The translations under genes were made by a program, and so were the position numbers. Shown here piece by piece: positions 1 to 18,734 of a stretch of 64,000 nucleotides of DNA. Origin of the DNA: Eledone cirrhosa (taxonomy: Eukaryota); assembly GCA_964016885.1 (NCBI GenBank), contig OZ024750.1, forward strand, positions 26,536,001-26,600,000, given 5' to 3'. The notes under the pieces were generated by a model. The model ran no database searches. It was not told the origin of the DNA and saw nothing but the letters and a program-made list of their open reading frames with translations. Numbering within the stretch: the first letter of the stretch is position 1; each line of letters begins with the position of its first letter.

Positions 1-363
1 AGACTGGACACAAGAAAGAGAGGAGTCAAGCTGTTCATTCATGCTAAAAAGAAGTGGCGCCGATAGAATACTCGATGTAACGGCCGTATAACTCAGGGGT
101 AGGTGCAGTATACCGGGAGAAAATTTGAGCTTCGTCGTAACTGACGAACAAGTCGGCGTATTTCGTGCACATTCAATTTACCATGGCTATCCCAGTAATT
201 TGTTGGTAATACTTTCCCGAGATAGTTGAGGTTGAGAACAACTGAATCTTTTATCACCACTTTAATCTTATAATAATTGATATGGTATATAATTGATACC
301 TCATTTATAACTGTATTTAATTAATGGTATATTCAACATTGTCATGTATATTGATATTATCAG

Positions 364-509
364 AATGCCCAGCAGGAAGGTATAGTGAGCTTTGTCGATT
401 GACATGCCATTGTTTCAAAAACAGTAAGTGTGACAAGCTAACTGGAAGGTGTCCAGCTGGATGTGCTGCAGGTTATATGGGTAACAGATGCAACACAGTT
501 ATTTCCTAA
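364..509 (+). CDS. EGF-like exon A, copy 1 (ECPAGRYSELCRLTCHC...CNTVIS*); donor lost, terminal or skipped exon
   Basis: tatcag acceptor, phase 1, 8-Cys MEGF-type repeat. The position equivalent to the donor (after 498) reads TTATTT, not GT, and the frame runs to TAA 507-509. Confidence 0.7.
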
Positions 510-524
510 TGATGCTAAGTATTT

Positions 525-593
<69 letters not shown>

Positions 594-744
594 AGAAAAT
601 GCGAGGTAGTTTCAGATATATTATCCATTTATTGCACGTACAGTAGAACGGAATGTAAATTACAATATGAAAAGTAGTAATTAGGCAAACAATTAGTTAA
701 TATCTTCTTCTATCATATGAATCAAAACAAAACAAAAAGTTCTT

Positions 745-1015
745 CATCCTCAGTGTATACTGATTAATGTTCAGAGCGATCCTTAGCATTCTCGTGTAGC
801 GCACATCCACTATCTGAGTAAGTTTCTTGGTCAGTGTCCCAGTCTCAGACCCATACAGTTACACAGACTCCACTATAGCAACGAAGAGACGGATTTTCAG
901 GTCTTTACGAAGGTCCGACTCCCACACTGAGCTCAAACTGTGGCACGCCGCCCAGGCTTTGCTCTTCCACTCTACCACATCATCTTCTGTATTTCCAATT
1001 TGCTTCCAGACACAG
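745..1015 (-). mobile_element. RTE-type LINE 3' fragment
   Basis: Similar to 33795-34010 (VESVxLYGSETW region on the minus strand). Confidence 0.75.
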
Positions 1016-1766
1016 GAAGTCTTCAACCAAGTCTAGCCCCCCCCCCCCGCCCCCTACATTAGTAATCTTCTCTGGCTTCTCAATATTCTCTACCATATAC
1101 TTCATCTTAATCTCATTCATTCAAAGCCCTATACTCATCGAGAAAGTCTCCACGTCCTGCATCAAATCCTATGCCTCCTTCACTGTGTTTGTCATCGACA
1201 AATTAGTTATGTAGATTTCTAGCCAGTATAGAGAAGGTTAATGTGCTCAATGCATATAGGTTGTTAGACTAGCGAACCATGCGATTAAATGTAATGAGAG
1301 TTAGCTTAACAATCGTATAATAAGCAGAGTAAAAACCGTTTTTAAAATGCTGGAGAGAATAACAAAGATTTATGAATACATGTATATATATTTAATGGCT
1401 GACAAGTATGGCAGTGAAAAAAATTTTAAACAGCCATTTTGTGTGGCTGCTATAACGTCCTTTCACTTCCAACCTTTTAATATCAATATTCCACATTTAA
1501 AGAAGGTTTTTCACTTCGGTGATATAATTTGATTTATGAATTAATATGTTATGAAGCATTTTCTTTTGTAGGCTCTGATGATAATAGTAATTTTTAATGG
1601 AGTAATATCGATTTATATTCGATATCCCAACATGTATGTCGATCCTTACTGTGCAATATTTGAAAAAACTTGTCAGCCATTAAATATATACATATATTTA
1701 TAAATCTTTGTTATTCTCTCCAGCATTTTCAATACGATATATATATATATGTATATATATTTTTAT

Positions 1767-4159
<2,393 letters not shown>

Positions 4160-4160
<1 letters not shown>

Positions 4161-4680
4161 AGGCGGGTAATATTCCCGAGATCCATGGACGAGCTCTCTC
4201 TCTAGCGGTCTCTGTCCCTTATTATCGCTGCCATGTCCTGCGTCTCCAACAGGCCAGTGTCTGTCCTTAGGGCATCAACATACGTTAACCTTGGTCTTCC
4301 TCTTCTAGTGTGTTCATGTAGGGGCTCCCAAAGGAGCACTGAGTGCAATGTCAACTATGGATGTCGGTGAGCATGTCCAGCTAACCTCAGTCTCCTCTGT
4401 GTCAATTTTGAACTGACTTTTGGGATGCTCCCATATTGAGATGATGTGGTTGAGAGGAAGAGCAAGGCCTGGGCGGCGTGCCACAGCTTGAGATCGGTGT
4501 GGAAGTCGGACCTTCATAGAGACCTGAAAATCCGCCTCTTCATTGCTGTAGTGGAGTCTGTGCTGCTGTATGTGTCTGAGACTTGGACACAGACCAAGAA
4601 ACTCACTCAGATGGTGGATGGGTGCTACACGAGAATGCTGAGGATGGCTCTGAACATTAATCAGTATACACTGAAGATGA
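4160..4680. mobile_element. 5'-inverted RTE LINE fragment (repeated at 6807-7327)
   Basis: First part matches 33505-33775 in the same orientation. The second part ([10 protein letters not shown]...[12 protein letters not shown]) is inverted. Inserted in (TA)n. Confidence 0.8.
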
Positions 4681-4709
4681 ATATATATCTATATATATAT
4701 ATATATCTA

Positions 4710-4826
<117 letters not shown>

Positions 4827-5216
4827 ACATATATACAGGTTATCGTTATAGGCAGTCCACTTAGATGTAGTCCAGTTGGAGTACTCCGTGTAGTGGATAG
4901 TATTAACGTGTGGCTTAGTTTGACTCAATAATACGTTTCCATAGTGATGCTGCGAGTTCGCGGTGATTTCTATGCAAGTTGAGATGGAGCGTCTGTGATT
5001 TTTCTCACATGTGAGAAAAACCAGAGACCCTCCATCTCAACTCTACTTTTGAAAAGCAGAAGTACTGCTAAACCGGTAAAGTAACCAAATAAATAATTAT
5101 ATTTAAAAAAAAATAAGACTCCAGTTGCATTTTCGATTTCATCTTTTTTTTCTTTATACTTTCACTCGAGTAGGACACCTCGGTTTTTTTCATCTTGTAA
5201 AAAAAACCTCACTTTG

Positions 5217-5258
<42 letters not shown>

Positions 5259-5341
5259 ACCTAGCTATGCGTGGTTACACGCTTGTAAAAATTATCTCCT
5301 GTGATTATTCATGTTTATATATATGTTAATCAATTTCTAGT

Positions 5342-5384
<43 letters not shown>

Positions 5385-6192
5385 CCGAGAAAGCTCATAG
5401 CGATACACCGGCCAAATTCCAACTCACTCAATCAACATTAAGAAATACTTGAGTATATTCCTAATTAAACGTTCGGGGTGCTAACTAATTGTATTGTGTG
5501 GAAAATTGGCTGTATCATTTCATATGAGATATATCAAATATATCTCTTCCCAGATGACTCGTTTCACTATAAGATTTCTATAAGTTGGGTGAAATTTTAC
5601 CAATTTATGTAGAAGCTTGTATAAGATCAACATATACTTATTCAAGTAGGCTCTTATAATTCTTCAGTGGGACCCAATAATATTAATATTGATAACCAAA
5701 TCAACATCAATATTTAGCGATAATCACCATCAGTGCTTGAGGGAGTTGCTAGGTTGATAGTCCAGCAGTTCTAAAGAAAATCTCACGCTGTCTAGAAAAT
5801 AGGAGGAAGGAGACTACCGCCAAAAAACAATACATGCGCAGGTCAATGAATTCTGAAAAGAATTCAAGCTACGGGCTAGAACTCAATTGGATATAAAAAA
5901 ATAATCATATGTGCGCAGCGCTTGATGACACACATAGATATTTTTTCTCGGGCAAAATAACAGAATGAGCTACAAGAACAAACAATCAGTATTCATATAA
6001 AAAATAAACAAAGAGAGTCATACCTTATATCGGGAAAGGTCATATCTGTTGCTCCAAGAGTAAATATATAAATACATAATCGGAGAAAGCTAATAGCTAT
6101 ACTCCGGCCAAATTCCAGCTCACTCAACAAACATTAGGAAATACCTGAGTATATTCCTAATTAAGCGTTCGGGGTGCTAACTAAATGTATAT

Positions 6193-6280
<88 letters not shown>

Positions 6281-6485
6281 GTATATATGTATATATAGGA
6301 ACGAGTAGGACCCCACCGGTGAGCTCAAGCCGTCTCGACGGCTAATTCAGTCCAGAATTAGCCGTCGAAACGGCCTGAGTTCACCCGTCGGGATCCTACT
6401 CGTTCCTATTATCCACTCTACTACACTAAGTATTGAGTACTTTGGTGCGTTATGGTCCATCTGGTTCCTTACCACATTTCCTTCG

Positions 6486-6531
<46 letters not shown>

Positions 6532-6735
6532 CGAAGGAAATGTGGTAAGGAATTATATATGTTTATATATAAGAGTTTCAGAAGATCCCGTTAAGGGTGA
6601 AAGCAGCGATTCTTTGCTTAAACTCTAATCTGTTTTTTTAATTAAATATTTGCTCTACGGTTCTTATATATTTGATATATATTTTCCTTATCGAGCCCTC
6701 TTTGGATTTTTAGTCTTCAATTTTATTATTATTAC

Positions 6736-6807
<72 letters not shown>

Positions 6808-7324
6808 AGGCGGGTAATATTCCCGAGATCCATAGACGAGCTCTCTCTCTAGCGGTCTCTGTCCCTCATTATCGCTGCCATGTCCTGCGTCTCCAACAGG
6901 CCAGTGTCTGTCCTTAGGGCATCAACATACGTTAACCTTGGTCTTCCTCTTCTAGTGTGTTCATGTAGGGGCTCCCAAAGGAGCACTGAGTGCAATGTCA
7001 ACTATGGATGTCGGTGAGCATGTCCAGCTAACCTCAGTCTCCTCTGTGTCAATTTTGAGCTGACTTTTGGGATGCTCCCATATTGAGATGATGTGGTTGA
7101 GAGGAAGAGCAAGGCCTGGGCGGCGTGCCACAGCTTGAGATCGGTGTGGAAGTCGGACCTTCATAGAGACCTGAAAATCCGCCTCTTCATTGCTGTAGTG
7201 GAGTCTGTGCTGCTGTATGTGTCTGAGACTTGGACACAGACCAAGAAACTCACTCAGATGGTGGATGGGTGCTACACGAGAATGCTGAGGATGGCTCTGA
7301 ACATTAATCAGTATACACTGAAGA

Positions 7325-7419
<95 letters not shown>

Positions 7420-7811
7420 ATACATATATACAGGTTATCGTTATAGGCAGCCCACTTAGATGTAGTCCAGTTGGAGTACTCCGTGTAGTGGATAGTATTA
7501 ACGTGTGGCTTAGTTTGACTCAATAATACGTTTCCATAGTGATGCTGCGAGTTCGCGGTGATTTCTATGCAAGTTGAGATGGAGCGTCTGTGATTTTTCT
7601 CACATGTGAGAAAAACCAGAGACCCTCCATCTCAACTCTACTTTTGAAAAGCAGAAGTACTGCTAAACCAGTAAAGTAACCAAATAAATAATTATATTTT
7701 TAAAAAAATAAGACTCCAGTTGCTTTTTCGATTTCATCTTTTTTTTCTTTATACTTTCACTCGAGTAGGAAACCTCGGTTTTTTTCATCTTGTAAAAAAA
7801 ACCTCACTTTG

Positions 7812-7849
<38 letters not shown>

Positions 7850-7932
7850 ACCTAGCTATGCGTGGTTACACGCTTGTAAAAATTATCTCCTGTGATTATT
7901 CATGTTTATATATATGTTAATCAATTTCTAGT

Positions 7933-8017
<85 letters not shown>

Positions 8018-8178
8018 AGAAAGCTAATAGCGATACACCGGCCAAATTCCAACTCACTCAACCAACATTAAGAAATACTTGAGTATATTCCTAATTAAAC
8101 GTTCGGGGTGCTAACTAATTGTATTGTGTGGAAAATTGGCTGTATCATTTCATATGAGATATATCAAATATATCTCTT

Positions 8179-8301
8179 CCCAGACGACTCGTTTCACTAT
8201 AAGATTTCTATAAGTTGGGTGAAATTTTACCAATTTATGTAGAAGCTTGTATAAGATCAACAGATACTTATTCAAGTAGGCTCTTATAATTCTTCAGTGG
8301 G
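8179..8301 (-). ncRNA. Hammerhead ribozyme (type I, long stem II); copies 5549-5671 and 55820-55942
   Basis: Minus strand: CCCA-CTGAAGA-...-GAAA-CGA G TCG-TC-TGGG. Lies in an about 800-bp element bounded by about 110-bp direct repeats. Confidence 0.75.
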
Positions 8302-8810
8302 ACCCAATAATATTAATATTGATAACCAAATCAACATCAATATTTGGCGATAATCACCATCAGTGCTTGAGGGAGTTGCTAGGTTGATAGCCAGCAGTTC
8401 TAAAGAAAATCTCACACTGTCTAGAAAATAGGAGGAAGGAGACTACCGCCAAAAAACAATACATGCGCAGGTCAATGAATTCTGAAAAGAATTCAAGCTA
8501 CGGGCTAGAACTCAATTGGATATAAAAAAATAATCATATGTGCGCAGCGCTTGATGACACACATAGATATTTTTTCTCGGGCAAAATAACAGAATGAGCT
8601 ACAAGAACAAACAATCAGTATTCATATAAAAAATAAACAAAGAGAGTCATACCTTATATCGGGAAAGGTCATATCTGTTGCTCCAAGAGTAAATATATAA
8701 ATACATAATCGGAGAAAGCTAATAGCTATACTCCGGCCAAATTCCAGCTCATTAGGAAATACCTGAGTATATTCCTAATTAAGCGTTCGGGGTGCTAACT
8801 AAATGTATAT

Positions 8811-8870
<60 letters not shown>

Positions 8871-9066
8871 GACGTAAAATAAGAAAATATTTTTTTTAAA
8901 AAATTTAAAAAAAAATTTTTTTTTTTTTTTTTTTTTCTTACTTAAATTTTCACTCCAACTAATTAGTTTCTGCAATGGGATAAAGACAGTTACGTAATCC
9001 AACTGTCGAGAATTTGCTGGCATGGGCGTGCATCTGTGCGCTTATGTTAGTTGATATATTAAATTA

Positions 9067-9167
<101 letters not shown>

Positions 9168-9372
9168 GTATATATGTATATATAGGAACGAGTAGGACCC
9201 CACCGGTGAGCGCAAGCCGTTTCGACGGCTAATTCAGTCCAGAATTAGCCGTCGAAACGGCCTGAGTTCACCCGTCGGGATCCTACTCGTTCCTATTATC
9301 CACTCTACTACACTAAGTATTGAGTACGTTGGTGCGTTATGGTCCATCTGGTTCCTTACCACATTTCCTTCG

Positions 9373-9456
<84 letters not shown>

Positions 9457-9659
9457 CGAAGGAAATGTGGTAAGGAATTATATATGTTTATATATAAGAG
9501 TTTCAGAAGATCCCGTTAAGGGTGAAAGCAGCGATTCTTTGCTTAAACTCTAATCTGTTTTTTTAATAAATATTTGCTCTACGGTTCTTATATATTTGAT
9601 ATATATTTTCCTTATCGAGCCCTCTTTGGATTTTTAGTCTTCAATTTTATTATTATTAC

Positions 9660-9780
<121 letters not shown>

Positions 9781-9935
9781 TTATATATATATATACAAAC
9801 ATATATATAAACATATATATCTGTGTGTGTGTGTATATAGGAATTATAGTAATTATGTAACAATTTTATGATATACCTTCTTGGCAATTGTGATCTTGCC
9901 AATATGACCTGGAGTAGATCCATCTGAACAACTTC

Positions 9936-10028
<93 letters not shown>

Positions 10029-10446
10029 TAAAAAAATAATGAATAAAACAATGAAACAGTTCCTTATATTAAACAAAAAAAGTTCATTATTTAACGATCG
10101 TTTCTAGGATATATATGTGTTAGAATTGGCATGCATATTCAACAGATCTATGTACAAAATTATACAAAATTATACAAACTATCAAAATTAAATATACATA
10201 CCAAACACATATATATGCCGTCTTCAGAAATATTATTTTTTTATTTTTTAATTTTTTATATTTTTTTAATATTTTTTTAATATTTTATCTTGACTCTGTA
10301 TTCCGTTTATCTTTCACCGAAAGTGATTTTTCATTGCATCTCTTCTTTCCATGATATCCGGATTACATTGAGTTCTTCATACGGATTGGACACTACCGTA
10401 AACTCTTGGTAGATTTATCTACATATATATATATATATATATTTAT

Positions 10447-10505
10447 GAAGTTGTTCAGATGGATCTACTCCAGTTCATATTGGCAAGATCACAATTGCCA
10501 AGAAG
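10447..10505 (+). pseudogene. Decayed 3' half of an EGF exon (copy 1)
   Basis: tgttcagatggat...caattgccaagaag|gtatatcataa matches the ends of exons C/D. The 5' half is replaced by (TA)n and the frame is disrupted. Confidence 0.75.
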
Positions 10506-10679
10506 GTATATCATAAAATTGTTACATAATTACTATAATTCCTATATACACACACACATATATATATGTTTATGTGCGTGTTTGTGTGTGTTTGTGTGTG
10601 TGTGTGTGGGGGGGGGTATCTGCATGTGTGTGTGTGTGTAAATATGATGTTTAATATAGAAATCTTATATATATTTCAG

Positions 10680-10814
10680 AATGCCCGGTAGGACGGTTTG
10701 GTTATCATTGTGATGGGGTATGCCATTGTAACGACAACATTAACTGCGACATGATTTCTGGAAAATGTCGAGATGGATGTGCTGCAGGTTATCTTGGATC
10801 CACTTGCCAAGAAG
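10680..10814 (+). CDS. EGF-like exon B, copy 1 (ECPVGRFGYHCDGVCHCNDNINCDMISGKCRDGCAAGYLGSTCQE)
   Basis: tttcag acceptor, GTATAT donor, 135 nt, phase 1-1, open, 8 Cys. Confidence 0.9.
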
Positions 10815-10904
10815 GTATATCATAAATTTGCTACGTATTTACTATAATTACTACACACACACACACACACACTCACACACACACACACACACACACACAC
10901 GCGC

Positions 10905-10950
<46 letters not shown>

Positions 10951-11119
10951 ACACACACGCACACACTCACAGACTCACACACATTCACAAATATATATGT
11001 ATGTGTTTCCGTGTGTATGTGTGTGTGTGCATGTGTTTGTGTGTGTGGAAATATGATGTTTAATATAGAAATCGCTTCTACAGGTCTACTTTTGAATGAA
11101 ATAGTTCTACTAGTTCTAA

Positions 11120-11158
<39 letters not shown>

Positions 11159-11413
11159 TATATAATATATTTATATATATATATAACATATATATGTGTG
11201 TGTTATATATATATATATATATATTTATATATTTATATATAACAAACACACACACACAGACACACACATATATATATATATATGTAGAGAGAGAGTGAGA
11301 GAGCAAGAATGAAGTGTTCATTCTACTGACACGTCTATAAAATTGGGGCTCGTTTGTATGATTGTAAACGAATCGAATGTTGTTATTAATATTCGAAAAA
11401 CTCAGATTACTTT

Positions 11414-11449
<36 letters not shown>

Positions 11450-12340
11450 AGTATGTATACGTACATACATATATGTATACAGACGTACAGTAGTATGTAT
11501 ATATATACTACATGCACACACATATATATATATATGTACGTATGGGTTTACCGAACATTTACTATAATGCTCGGTTTGTTTCTAAACAAACAGCCCCAAT
11601 TATTAGCCGTACAGTGTTCGGCAACCATGGTTGCCATTTTGTTCAACACTGACAAAGGAACGATGAACTAGTTTCTAGCTTATTAGCTGTCATCAGCACT
11701 ATATACCTTCCTGTCAGTTGATTGAACGTTTGAAAGAATATACTTTCCTGATGCATATTATAGGCTGAGCAGCCTAATTTGCATATTGAGTGAGTACAGA
11801 TATATATATATGTGCATGTATGTATGCATATACATACTACTGTACGTCTGTATACATATATGTATGTACGTATACTTACTTATATTTAAGTATCAGCCGT
11901 ACAAAGAGTGAGAAATGAAATTTTTATTTTTTCCATTTATCGTTTTCGGTACGACCGGCCGACTAACTCAGTCGATATGCAAATAAGGGTGCTCAGTAGT
12001 TAATATGCATAAGGAAAATATATATTTTCAAACATTCAATCAACTGACAGGAAGCTATACGGTGCTGATGACAGCTAATAAGCTTGAAACTAGTTCATAG
12101 TTCCTTTGTCAGTGTTGAACAAAATGGCCACGATGGTTGCCGAACACTGTACGGCTAATAATTCGGGCTGTTTGTTTAGAAACAAACCGAGCATTATAGT
12201 AAATGTTCGGTAAACTCATACGTACATATATATATGTGTGCATATATGTATATACATAATACTGTACGTCTGTATACATATATGTATGTACGTATACATA
12301 CTTACATTTAAGTATCAGCCGTACTAAGAGTGAGAAATGA
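11450..12340. repeat. Foldback/MITE-like inverted repeat (paralog about 58460-59345)
   Basis: 11450-11790 is the approximate reverse complement of about 11975-12310. Confidence 0.75.
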
Positions 12341-12455
12341 AACAACATTTTTCGATGTATATATATTAAATGGAAAAATGAAATTTCATTTCTCACTCTT
12401 AGTACGGCTGATACTTAAATATAAGTATGTATACCTACATACATATATGTATACC

Positions 12456-12554
<99 letters not shown>

Positions 12555-13152
12555 ATGTATATAAATGTAATCTGAATTTTTCGAATATTAATAATAACAT
12601 TCGATTTGTTTGCAATTATGCAAACAAGCCTAAATTTTATTGCCATGTCAGTGGAATAAACACTTCATTCTTGCTCCTGTGATGGCATGCGAACAGAACT
12701 CCAGACACTAATGTTTCTGGGTATCACCCTTCATCCTTTATGTCCATGTTTGCGTATTTTTAGCTGTAATAATCTCCGGGTCTTCTTTCTTCTATTTCTT
12801 TTTTCCTTTTTTCCTTTCTCTTTCTCCTTTTTCATCTTTCTCTGCCTCTTTTTCTGTTTCTTTCTTCATCTTTCTTTCTTTTCTCTACCTTCACTATTTC
12901 TATCCCCCTCGTTTCTTTCTATCTGTATCTCTATTATTACTACTATTTTTATGTGATAGTTTGAACTCGTAAATTTGCCGGTTACGTATTTATTTGTATT
13001 TTCTTTCTCTCTTTCGTCTTTCCTCCTCCCCTCCTTTCCATCTGTACTCCTTCTTCTGTGTCTCTCTATATCTTTATTATTAATATTAATATTGATGTGG
13101 TAATTTAAAATAGTAAATTTACAGTTATGCATATTTCCTTTATTTTCTCTTG

Positions 13153-13257
13153 GTCTCTGACGAAATGATAGAGATAAATGTATTTTTAAATTGAGTGACA
13201 CTGCCTTCTGCGTTAAGCAATTTTTAGACAACTCTATCATAGAAACAATTGTTAGAC
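13153..13257 (+). ncRNA. Hammerhead ribozyme; paralog 60181-60285
   Basis: GTCT-CTGACGA-AATGATAGAG...CTCTATCATA-GAAA-CAATTG-TT-AGAC. Confidence 0.8.
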
Positions 13258-13471
13258 TGTAAATAAATTTCCTTCTTTGTACTGTCGACCATATTATTCA
13301 ATTTTTCAATTTTATTATTCAAAGATATATTTACACAGGAATATAAGTGAGGTCATAAACTCGTCATCCACGTAAACTTCTTGTTCAGTCTTTCAACGCC
13401 GTACGCTTAAACAATTGATGATAAGAAGTTTTCACAACCTCTAATCGGTCTACCTTTAATGATATCTTGTT

Positions 13472-13539
<68 letters not shown>

Positions 13540-14143
13540 GGATAACAGTTTTTCGAATATTAATAACATTCGATTCGCTTGCAATTATGCAAACAAGCCT
13601 AAATTTTATAGCCATGACAGTAGAATGAACACTTCATTCTTGCTCCTGTGTTGGCAGACACTAATGTTTCTGGGATCACCCTTCATCAGTACAGCCCACT
13701 GTTCTTCTGCAAGAACCTCAGAGCCAGTGAAAATATATGCTATTTTCAAAAATGCACTGTGACTCATTGGCGTGATTTGCATATCAGCAGACTAGCTGAT
13801 CAGTCAATCTGCATATTAGCCAGATTTGAATATCAGCAGACTGGCCAGTCAGTTTCCTGTATACGAGAGATATATGACCAACTTTGCCAAATTTAAATAA
13901 AAAAGACAATTTATATATACAAATATATACACAACAAAGCCTGCAGCTCCATTCTACTTCGCTGTCTCTTCTCCCTCTCTCTATGTCCCTCTTTCAATCT
14001 ACTCTCTTACCATCACTATCTCTTTCTCTCTATCTTTCACTCTCTCTTGTGTCGGTGGGTGTGTGCTGGGTGCAGGCGAGTGCCTGCATGTGTATGTGTT
14101 TGTAAATATGATGTTTAATATAGAAATCTTATATACATTTCAG

Positions 14144-14278
14144 AATGCCGAATAGGAGAGTTTGGTGTTAAATGTGAAAGGACATGCCATTGTATCAACA
14201 ACACAAACTGTGACCATCGAAATGGAAGATGTTCAGATGGATGTTCTGCAGGTCATACTGGTGACAATTGCCAAGAAG
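14144..14278 (+). CDS. EGF-like exon C, copy 1 (ECRIGEFGVKCERTCHCINNTNCDHRNGRCSDGCSAGHTGDNCQE)
   Basis: tttcag / GTATAT, 135 nt, phase 1-1, open, 8 Cys. Confidence 0.9.
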
Positions 14279-14306
14279 GTATATCATAAACTTGTTACGT
14301 ATTCTA

Positions 14307-14424
<118 letters not shown>

Positions 14425-15460
14425 ACACACACACACACATACACACACACACACACACACTCCCTTCAATTTAGATTCTCACTTGTAAATTTTTTAATTT
14501 TTAATTTTTGAATCCTCATTTTTTATTTTTTATTTTTAGTTTTAATTTCCAACTCTCCTTCATAATTTCCACTGTGAAACCATAATATCTAGAATTAAGC
14601 ATATTTTCTCTTAGAGGTTGATGGTCAATTCTACTGTCCATGCTTAATGTAGGGTAGTATTGAGACCTATTGACACTCACACTCTCCCAACCCCACTAGC
14701 TTTCGGCTGACTGCCACTGACGGGGTGGATAGCAGTAAGCTATATATTACAGGCCTGAATAGGTCAATGTTTGGTTGAGAGGGGGAACTGCCTAGGCGAA
14801 TTTCGTTGAACTCTGAGGTAGCTGATGGTCAAATTCTTTCGGATCTGCGCCTGCGCAAACCGGTGGGGGTGAATTGGTACTCACAAGGGAACGGACGAAG
14901 AACCCAAGAGCACACACTTCGTCGGTTCCCATGTCGATATATATATATATGTACATAAAGGTAATCTGAGTTTTTTCGAATATTAATAACATTCGATTCG
15001 CTTGCAATTATGCAAACAAACCTCAATTTTATAGCCATGTCAGTAGAATGAACACTTCATTCTTGCCTCTGTGTTGGCATGCGAACAGAACTGCAGACAC
15101 TGATGTTTCTGGGTATCACCCTTCATCAGTACAGCCCACTGTTTTCCTGCAAAACCATCAGAGCCAGTGAAAAGATATGCTATTTTCAAAAATACACAGT
15201 GACTCATTGGCCTGATTTGCATATTAGCAGACTGGATGATATATACCAATATATTCACAACAAAGCCTGCAGCTCCATACTCCTTCGCTCTCCCCTCTCC
15301 CTCTCTCTATGTCCCTCTTTCAATCTACTCTCTTACAACTACAATCTTTTTCTCTCTATCTTTCACTCTCTCTTGTGTGTGTGGGTGCAGGTGTGTGCGT
15401 GCTTGTGTGTGTGTGTATGTAAATATGATGTTTAATATAGAAATCTCATATATATTTCAG

Positions 15461-15592
15461 AATGCCGCATAGGAAAGTTTGGTGTTAATTGTAATGTGAC
15501 ATGTCATTGTATCAACAACACAAACTGTGACATCTTTAATGGGACATGTTCAGATGGATGTTCTGCAGGTTATACTGGTGACAATTGCCAAG
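15461..15592 (+). CDS. EGF-like exon D, copy 1 (ECRIGKFGVNCNVTCHCINNTNCDIFNGTCSDGCSAGYTGDNCQ)
   Basis: tttcag / GTATAT, 132 nt, phase 1-1. Three N-glycosylation sequons (NVT, NNT, NGT). Confidence 0.9.
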
Positions 15593-15785
15593 GTATATCA
15601 TAAACTTGTTACATAGTTACGATAATTACTATATACACACAGGCATATATATATGTGTGTGTGTGGGTGTGTATGTGTGTGTGTGTGTGTTGGGGGGGGG
15701 GGGGCTAATGCGGGTGTGTATGTGCATGTGTTTGTGTATGTGTGTAAATAGGATGTTTAATATAGAAATCTCATATATATTTCAG

Positions 15786-15920
15786 AATGCCGAATAGGAA
15801 AGTTTGGTCTTAATTGTAATAGGACATGCCATTGTATCAACAACAAATACTGTGATAAGCTAAATGGAACATGTTGAGATAAATGTTCTGCAGATTATAT
15901 TGGTAACAATTGCCCAGAAG
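15786..15920 (+). pseudogene. EGF pseudo-exon E, copy 1
   Basis: Intact acceptor, but in-frame TGA at 15875-15877 and donor mutated to GGATAT. Confidence 0.85.
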
Positions 15921-15949
15921 GGATATCATAAACTTATTACGTATTTACG

Positions 15950-16039
<90 letters not shown>

Positions 16040-16282
16040 ACACACACACTCACACACACACACGCGCACATACACTCAAACATACACACGCATACACTCA
16101 CACACACACATATATATATATGTTTGCGTGTGTATGTGTGTCTGTGTGCATGTGTTTGTGTGTTTGATGTTTAATATAGAAATCGCTTATACTGGACTAG
16201 AATAGTTTCATCCACAGAAATCATCAGGAAAAGGTTTTCCTGATGATTATGTTTGAATGAAATAGTTCTAATAGTTCAAAAT

Positions 16283-18715
<2,433 letters not shown>

Positions 18716-18734
18716 ATATATATATATATATATA

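Noticed and set aside
15875-15877. In-frame TGA in exon E as selenocysteine
   Set aside because: It aligns to Ser (TCA), not Cys. The donor is also mutated and copy 2 has lost a Cys.
16193-16250. CTGATGA/TCATCAG hammerhead-like motifs (also 58235, 26110-26155, 35800-35840)
   Set aside because: Core partly present but stem I or the cleavage triplet does not pair convincingly. Probably decayed copies.
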